A stretch of DNA of 64,000 nt from the human T2T-CHM13v2.0 reference genome, Homo sapiens, in NCBI RefSeq assembly GCF_009914755.1, contig NC_060943.1, one strand, 5' to 3'. The notes below the pieces were generated by a model, which was given only the letters and a program-made list of their open reading frames with translations, made no database searches and was not told where the DNA came from. Below are positions 53,200 to 64,000 of this stretch, piece by piece. The translations under genes and the position numbers were made by a program. The stretch's first letter is position 1. Each line of letters opens with the position of its first letter.

Positions 53200-53693
53200 T
53201 GAACGCCTGACCTCAAGTGATCGTCCCACCTCCGCCTCCCAAAGTGCTGGGGTTACAGGCGTGAGCCACCGCGCCCAGCTGACCATGCGATTTTTGTTTC
53301 TAATTCTGCATTCTTCCATTCAACAAGCAGAAGCGCCCCGCAGTGCCTGGGCACCTGGGAGCCAGGCTGGTGTGAAAGCCCAGCTCCCCGACCTATGGCT
53401 GGGGCAACAGCTTCACCTCTCTCTGTCTTCGTTCCTTCATCCCTAAAGACGGTGCGTGAGCTCAATCCTGTACCTACTCCCAGGAGTCACCGTCGGGAGT
53501 AAACGCCATCATGAGCCCTGCAAAGCTCCCAGGAGACCGCCTGGCACGTGGTCGCAACTCGATCTGCCTTTGCTGTTAGTTTTTCTCAAGTGGCACTTAC
53601 AGAGTAAACAGGGACCCCCGACGACGAGCTGACAGCCTGCTGATGGAAACAGATACTAATCACATCACTGAAGTAATGAGCGTGCAATTATAA

Positions 53694-54191
<498 letters not shown>

Positions 54192-54194
54192 TGA

Positions 54195-54668
<474 letters not shown>

Positions 54669-55456
54669 TGAGCTACCGTGCCTGGCCACTCTTCATTAAA
54701 AAAAAGATAAATAAATAGAGATGGGGTCTCACTGTGTTGCCCAGGCTGGTCTCAAACACCAAGGCTCGTATGATTCTCCTGCCTCGGCCTCCCAGGTACA
54801 TGAACCACCGCACCTGGTGGGAATGGCTCTTTGTCCAGTGGGGTCATCATTCTGAAAACTCTTTCTTACCCGGGGTCAGGGCAGGGAAGGTTCAAAGCCA
54901 GAGACTCAAGAGAAAAGGGAGATGGCAATTTTCCCCCAAACCCTCCCTGACCACACTCCGAGTGGTTCCCCCACGGCCAGTTCAGGCTTCAGTTCTGGGT
55001 GGGGAGAGACTGGAGGGAGGGGAAGGCAGAGATATAACATAGATTGATCAGAAGTGGGAGAAGGAATTACAGACCTCACAAAGACAAATGACTGGAATCA
55101 CATCATCCTATGAAACAATGTATTGTTGGGGCTCAGAAAACAATACCCCCGAAGTAAGGATGACGTTTGTCAGGTGGAGCATTTGAGCTAAAGGAGATTA
55201 GAAGGTCTCAGAGGCGGCCGGGCCATCATCTCTACAAAAAATACAAAACAACTAGCTGGGTATGGTGGTAAGTGTCTGTAGTCCCAGTTACTGAGGAGGC
55301 TGAGGCAGGAGAATCACTTGAACCCAGGAGATGGAGTTTCAGTGAGCCGAGATCATGCCACTGCACTCCAGCCTGGGTGACAGAGTGAGACCCTGTCTCA
55401 AAATAAAATAAAATAAATAAAATAAAATAAAATAAATTAGCTGCTGCTGCTGCTGA

Positions 55457-55621
<165 letters not shown>

Positions 55622-56106
55622 TGAATAGCCGGAACTGCAGGTGCATGCCACCACACCAGGCCAATTTAAATTTTTTTTTTAAAGAGATGAGATTTCACCA
55701 TGTTGCCCAAGCTGGTCTTGAACTCCTGAGCTCAAGCGATCTGCCCACCTCAACCTCCCGAAGTGCTGCAGTTACAGACATGAGCCATCGCGTCCAGCCT
55801 ATTTTAATTTTATAACCTCTCATGAAATCTCTCCTTCCTCAATTTCTCTTCTGAGGGTTCTGACTTTAGCCGGAATTGGAAAGAGGCCCAATGCTTCATG
55901 AAGGATGACAGCTGGAGAAGTACTAGAAGGTTGCCTGGCAACAGTGGTGTTAGGGCAGAAAGGAGCAAGTCCCTGGGTGGTTTCCTAGCAGAAGGAATGT
56001 GGGCAGGGCTGAGCCTAGGAAGCAAGATAGGAGATGACAAGGGTGCCCAGATCATCAACTTCTGAAGAATTTCTCATCCCTGCACCCCAGAGCCTCTGGA
56101 CACAGC

Positions 56107-56164
<58 letters not shown>

Positions 56165-56447
56165 TTTTCTCCCCTCCCTTCTCATCTTTTCCTCGTCTTT
56201 TTTCCCTTTCCCTCTCATCCCTCCCTCCTCCTCCTTTTACTTCTTTCTTCCTTTTCTTCTTCCTCTTCCTCCTTCTCCTATTACTATTACTACTGATAAT
56301 AACAATAGCTAACATTTGTTAAATGCCTCATCTGAGAGATTTTCTTTCGGGGTGATTAAAAGTTTCTGATGCTAGGCCAGGTGCTGGGGCTCACACCTTT
56401 AATCCCAGCACTTTGGGAGGCCAAGTTAGGCAGATCGCTTGAGCTCA

Positions 56448-56699
<252 letters not shown>

Positions 56700-56799
56700 T
56701 CACGCCTGTAATCCCAGCACTTTGGGAGGCTGAGGTGGGCAGATCATGAGGTCAGGAGATCGAGACCATCCTGGCTAACATGGTGAAACCCCGTCTCTA

Positions 56800-57045
<246 letters not shown>

Positions 57046-57873
57046 TTAGTATCAGTAAGTATAGTACATTTTTTAAATAGAATGGTAAAATCTTGCTTTA
57101 AGTAACGGTAAGATTTTACCACAAAAATAAAGTCCAGGCATGGGTAAAGAATAGTTTACGACCACTATGAAATAAAGAGAAGTGAGCATGAGGAGGTTCT
57201 GAAATGGGTATCACTCCCTGATAAGAAGCTAGAAGGAGGCCAGGCGCGGTGGCTCACGCCTGTAGCCCCAGCACTTTGGGAGGCTGAGGTGGGCAGATCA
57301 CGAGATCAGGAGTTCAAGACCAGCCTGGCCAATATGGTGAAACCCCATCTCTGCTAAAAATACAAAAATTAGCTGGGCATGGTGGTAGGTGCCTGTAATT
57401 TCAGCTACTCGGAAGGCTGAGGCAGGAGAATCGCTTGAACCTTGGAGGCGGAGGTTGCCTCCAAGATCACGCCACTGCACTCCAGCCTGGGCAACAGAGC
57501 GAGACTCCGTCTCCAAAAAAAAAAAAAAAACAAGGAAGATAGAAGGGGAGAAGGGAGTTGTTGAGCTGTTGCCTCACCCTTGAGCATGGTCTGGACAGGA
57601 CACAATGTGTGGAGCTGCCCCGGGTCATGGGTGACCAGGAGGCAACAGGCCAAACATTGAAGACATGAGTGGTAAAACAGAAAGGGCTTGGTTCTTAGCA
57701 ACATGCATGAGTTTTTGCACAAAATCTTCCTGTTAGGCAAGGTAACTAAATATCTTTTTTGTTTAGGTAATCAGTTCTTCAAAACTGAGCCCATGTTGAT
57801 AAGTTACTCCACCAAAGGGTGGAGTACAGTAAAGAAATGAGGCTTGTGGTTACAGATGAAGCAATGTCTTTGA

Positions 57874-58176
<303 letters not shown>

Positions 58177-58394
58177 TAAAAGCCATTTTAACTGCGGTGA
58201 GAGGATATATGTGTCATGTAGTTTAGCCAGGCATCGTGGTGCACACCTGTAGTCCCAGCTACTCAGGAGGCTGAGGTGGGGGGATGACTTGAGCCTGGAG
58301 GCTGCAGTGAGCCATGATCGTGTCCCTGCATTCCAGCCTGGGCAACAGACCCTGCCTCAAAAAAAAAATACATAAAATAAAAATTAAACTGAAA

Positions 58395-58587
58395 TAGGGT
58401 TGCCAGATTCAATGTAGGATGCCCAGTTGATTTCAAAACTCAGATAAACAACAAATAAAATGTTTAAGTCTAAGTACAGCCCCCAAACTGCATGAGATAT
58501 ACTTACATTCAAAATTTTTTTGTTTATCTAAAACTTTAAATTTAACTGGGCATCCTGTATTTTAATGTCCCAAGTCTAGCAATTCTA
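58395..58587. mobile_element. MER53-like palindromic MITE
   Basis: TAGGGTTGCCAGA...AGGATGCCCAGTT...AGATAAACAA mirrored by TTGTTTATCT...AACTGGGCATCCT...TCTAGCAATTCTA. Confidence 0.75.
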
Positions 58588-59550
58588 TTTTAAAAGAATC
58601 CCTCTGTCTGCTACGTTGAGAGCAGATGGTCAAGGCGGGAAATGAAGGTAGAAGCAGGGAGATGGTTTAGGACGCTATTGTGATCAGGTGAGAAGGGCTG
58701 AGTCAGACCAGAGGGTGCCAGCAAGGCTGAAGACCCACCCTGTTCCCAGCCCCGCCCCTCCTGCTGCCCTTAACTGATGTGACACAATCCTTGTGAGGTC
58801 TGTGGACAGAGCGGGGGAACTGCACGGAATCTGACAATATCAACCTAAAAATTATTCACTGCCTACTCATTTCCCGTGCAAGGACAAACAAGAGTGCTGA
58901 AATGCGAGGCTTGCAAAGCCACAAGATAGGGAGGGCTTAATCATTTGCTTGCCTGCCTTATCAGTGTTACGAAGGCATTTTCCACCTTCCACTTCCTTTT
59001 CCGTTTGGACAAAAATTCAAACTTCTAGGCCAGGCGCGGTGGCTCACCCCTATTATCCCAGCACTTTGGGAGGCCGAGGCGGGTGGATCACTTGGGGTCA
59101 GCAGTTCGAGACCAGCCTGGCCAACATGGTGAAACCCCGTCTCTATTAAAAATACAAAAATTAGCTGGGCCTGGTGGTGCATGGCTGTAATCACAGCTAT
59201 CTGGAGGCTGAGGCTGGAGAATCGCTTGAACCCAGGAGGCGGGGGTTGCAGTGAGCTGAGATTATGCTACCGCACTCTAGCCTGGGCAATAGAGTGAGAC
59301 TCAGTCTCAAACAAAACAAAACAAAACAAACAAAAAAAACCACACGCACACACACACACTCAAACTTCTTTTATTTTTTGAGACAGATTTTCGCTCTTGT
59401 TGCCCAGCCTGGAATGCAATGGCACGAGCTTGGCTCACTGCACCCCCCCTCTCAGGTTCAAGCGATTCTGCTGCCTCAGCCTCCCAAGTAACTGGGATTA
59501 CAGGCATGCGCCACCACGCCCGGCTAACTTTGTATTTTTAGTAGAGATGA

Positions 59551-59847
<297 letters not shown>

Positions 59848-60183
59848 TAGCCAGGATGGTCTTGATTTCCTGACCTCGTGATCTGCCCCGCCTTGGCCTC
59901 CCAAAGTGCTGGGGTAACAGGCGTGAGCCACTGCACCCGGCCCCACATTCAAACTTCTTATCACAACTTGCAAAGTTCTGCATGATCCGGGCTTAGCACC
60001 TCCCTTCTCCTGCTGTGCTCTAGCCGGCTCACTTTGCCTCAGCCACGCTGGCCTGTGTCCATTCTTGGAACTAGTACTGGCCAGGCTTGCTCCTGCCCCA
60101 GGGCCTTTGCCTGCGCTGTGCCTTCTGCCTGAAGTGTCATTCTCTTTGCATTTCTCATGGCTGGATACTTACACTGTTTTTAA

Positions 60184-60552
<369 letters not shown>

Positions 60553-61570
60553 TGATCCGCCAGCCTCGGTCTCCCAAAGTGCTGGGATTGCAGGCATGAG
60601 CCGCCGCACCCAGCCAACAGTAACAGTCTTTTCAAAATGCCTGGTCCATAGTACGTGCTCGACAAATATTTGTGAAATCACTGGATACATAAGACAGTTC
60701 CAGGGAAGGGGAGTAGCTTGCTCAGAACAGGGAAGCTGCCCAGGAGTCTTTCCCCTGATTCTCAGACCACGATCCCGTGCTCAGCTCCTCGCGGATTCAA
60801 GGCTGATGAAGGCAAGGGCCACACTGTCACCCACTCTTTGAAAGCCCCAAACCAGAAGTCATTCCGGGGTGGCTGTTCAAGGTTCTTCACTGATCAGGTC
60901 TCTTGGTAACAAGTGTTGGCCTCCCACAGGTACATGTCAGCATCTCCTTCCTTTCAGAGGCTGAATGCTTGTCCATTTATGTAGATCCCACACTTTCTTT
61001 ACACATTCATTCATTGATGGCACTTACATTGCTTCCATTTCTTGGTTTTTGTGAATAATGCTGTTAAGAACATCAACGTATAAATTATCTCTTCCGGCCG
61101 AGCGTGGTGGCTCACGCCTGTAATCCCAGTACTTCGGGAGGCCAAGGAGGGTGGATCACTTGGGCCCAGGAGTTCAAGACTAGCCTAGGCAACATGGTGA
61201 AACCCTGTCTCTACAAAAGTAAAATAAAATAAAATTAAAATTAAAAGTAGCTGGGCTTGGTGGTGCATGCCTGTAGTCCCAACTATTCAGGAGGCTGAAG
61301 TGAGAAGGTCGCTCGAGCCCAGGAGGTCGAGGCTGCAATAAGTAAGCCAAGATCACACTACTGTATTACTCACCAGGCAACAGAGAGAGAGACCCTGTCT
61401 CAAAAATAAATACACAGATAGGCTGGGGGCAGTGACTCATGCCTGTAATCCTTGGCTTGGGAAGCCGAGGAGGGTGGATCACCTGAGGTCAGGAGTTCAA
61501 GACCACCCGGGTCAACATGGCAAAACCCCATCTCTACTAAAAATACAAAAATTAGCTGGGCATGGTGTTA

Positions 61571-61801
<231 letters not shown>

Positions 61802-62572
61802 CTATTTTATGAGTTAGAACTTGATGGCCTGAATTTTTGTGGTGTCAGCTGCAGACTCACAGTGAGGGAAGCCCAGGAGGGGATGGGCTTTAAGAGGATG
61901 ATGCTGCAACAGAGGGGCTTTAGTTAACACGGATGTGCTGTGTTCTTGAGCCTTCCTAAGAGAGTAGATTGTAAGTGTTCTTACCACACACACAAAAATG
62001 ATAAATGTGAGGCAATGCACATGTAAATTAGCTCAATTTAGCCTTTTCACAACGTATACTATTTCAGCACATCATGTTGTACACCATAAGTACATACAAT
62101 TTTTATTTGCCCTAAAAAATAAATCAGTAATGCTTAAAAAAATTAAATTTCATATTGTAGGGGGGGAAACAGTGCATGATGTTGCAATGTACTGCGTTTC
62201 ATTTCCTGAAGCGTCAGCGAAAGACCAGCCCTGGGGTAGAAGACCGGAGCGGAGGGAGCGTGGCCTCCCCAGCTCCCCACTTCCTTCTCAAGCTGCAGGC
62301 TGAACTAGGGTCTCTGGAACTGGGCTAAGGCGCCCCCGTGTCTGCAGCCTCTCTGCGGGGCTTCATGGACTCCAGCAAAAGGCTTGAGGCTGGAAACGAG
62401 GGTATGAGCGTGCGGAGAGGTAGGGTGAGGTTGGGTTTCTGCAAGGAAATAATAATCACCGTGCTTAACTGATGTACTAGGCACCAGGCTGAAGGCCCCA
62501 TCAGCTGGCGAGGCTGGGAGAGAAATTGACATCCCCTCTTGCTGCCCCGCCGTTGGCTGGAAACAGTCATGA

Positions 62573-62590
62573 GCCGCCACCTAGCGGCGA
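62573..62590 (-). promoter_or_regulatory. Candidate CTCF site
   Basis: The minus strand reads TCGCCGCTAGGTGGCGGC, close to the CCASYAGRKGGCRS core, inside a CpG-retaining unique patch. Confidence 0.6.
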
Positions 62591-63426
62591 AAATGACAGC
62601 AACAACTTGGACCTAGAGCTGGGGCCACGGAACGAAAGGCGTCATCCCTTTAAATTAGGACAATTGCCCTCTCTCAGGGCAGCTTCTCTGTTCTGGTTAC
62701 CTGCTGACTTACACCCAGTCACCCCAAACTTCGTGGCAAAAAACAACTGCTATTTATCCATCCATCCTTCCTTCCTTCCTTCCTTCCTTCTTTCCTTCCT
62801 TCCTTCCTTCCTTCCTTCCTTTTATGAGGCAGAGTCTCGCTCTGTCGTCCAGGCTGGAGTGCAGTGGTGCGATCTTGGCTCACTGCAGCCTCCATCTCCC
62901 GGGTTCAAGCGGGATTCCCCTGCCTCAGCCTCCCTGCTAGCTGGGATTACAGGTACGAGCCACCACGCCCAGCTAATTTTTGTATTTTTAGTAGAGACGG
63001 GGTTTCACCACGTTGGCCAGGCTGGTCTTGAATTCCTGACCTTAGGTGACCCGCCTGCCTCAGCCTCCCAAAGTGCTGGGATTACAGGTGTGAGCCACCA
63101 CGCCCGGCTATAGTTTATTTATACTCGTAGATTCTAGCAGTCAAGAATTTGGACAGAGTACAGCAAGGGTGGTTTTATCTGCAGCCTCAGCTGCAAAGAC
63201 TGGAATGGAGGGTGCCGGAATTATCTGGAAGATCTGGGAGCGTCTTCACTCATACGTCCGGTGTCTGGGCTGGATGACTCCACGGTTGTGCGCAGCTGGA
63301 GGACAGCTGACCCGAGTGCCCACACGTGGCCTCTCTGTGTGACTTGGGCTTCCTCACAGCATGGTGGTCTCAGGACAGGCAGACTTCCTGCATGACGTTT
63401 GGTTCAGCAAACAAGGCAGAAGGTGA

Positions 63427-63999
<573 letters not shown>

Positions 64000-64000
64000 T

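Overview
Human (primate) genomic DNA, GC-rich and very Alu-dense, recognisable as the 19q13.4 CACNG cluster. It holds two complete 4-exon genes on the + strand, assembled by hand from GT/AG junctions. CACNG8 (TARP gamma-8; CDS 1633-1915, 16636-16719, 18357-18497, 20570-21339 = 1278 nt, 425 aa) starts at a non-AUG CTG codon and probably has a ~7.4 kb Alu-containing 3'UTR. CACNG6 (CDS 31368-31698, 36729-36803, 38124-38261, 50433-50671 = 783 nt, 260 aa) follows it. The last ~13 kb is repeat-rich intergenic DNA. There are no prokaryotic systems, CRISPR arrays, tRNA or rRNA genes. The most interesting layers are regulatory. (1) A 32-33 bp minisatellite puts a dense cluster of RBFOX UGCAUG/UGCACG motifs just downstream of the frame-preserving CACNG6 exon 3. 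(2) The MIR935 hairpin lies inside CACNG8 coding sequence and has an A:C mismatch on a Ser codon, a candidate A-to-I recoding site. (3) A strong-Kozak 4-codon uORF lies upstream of the CTG start. (4) A near-perfect 4 x 105 bp tandem repeat in the CACNG8 promoter creates an in-frame upstream ATG in its last copy. (5) An MSR1 37-bp minisatellite with higher-order structure sits between the CACNG8 poly(A) signal and the CACNG6 promoter. (6) CACNG8 intron 2 has a CCAAT-box cluster. (7) There are several non-Alu local duplications: a 161-bp inverted pair and a ~200-bp copy embedded in an Alu tail. Repeat-family names and boundaries are by eye and approximate.
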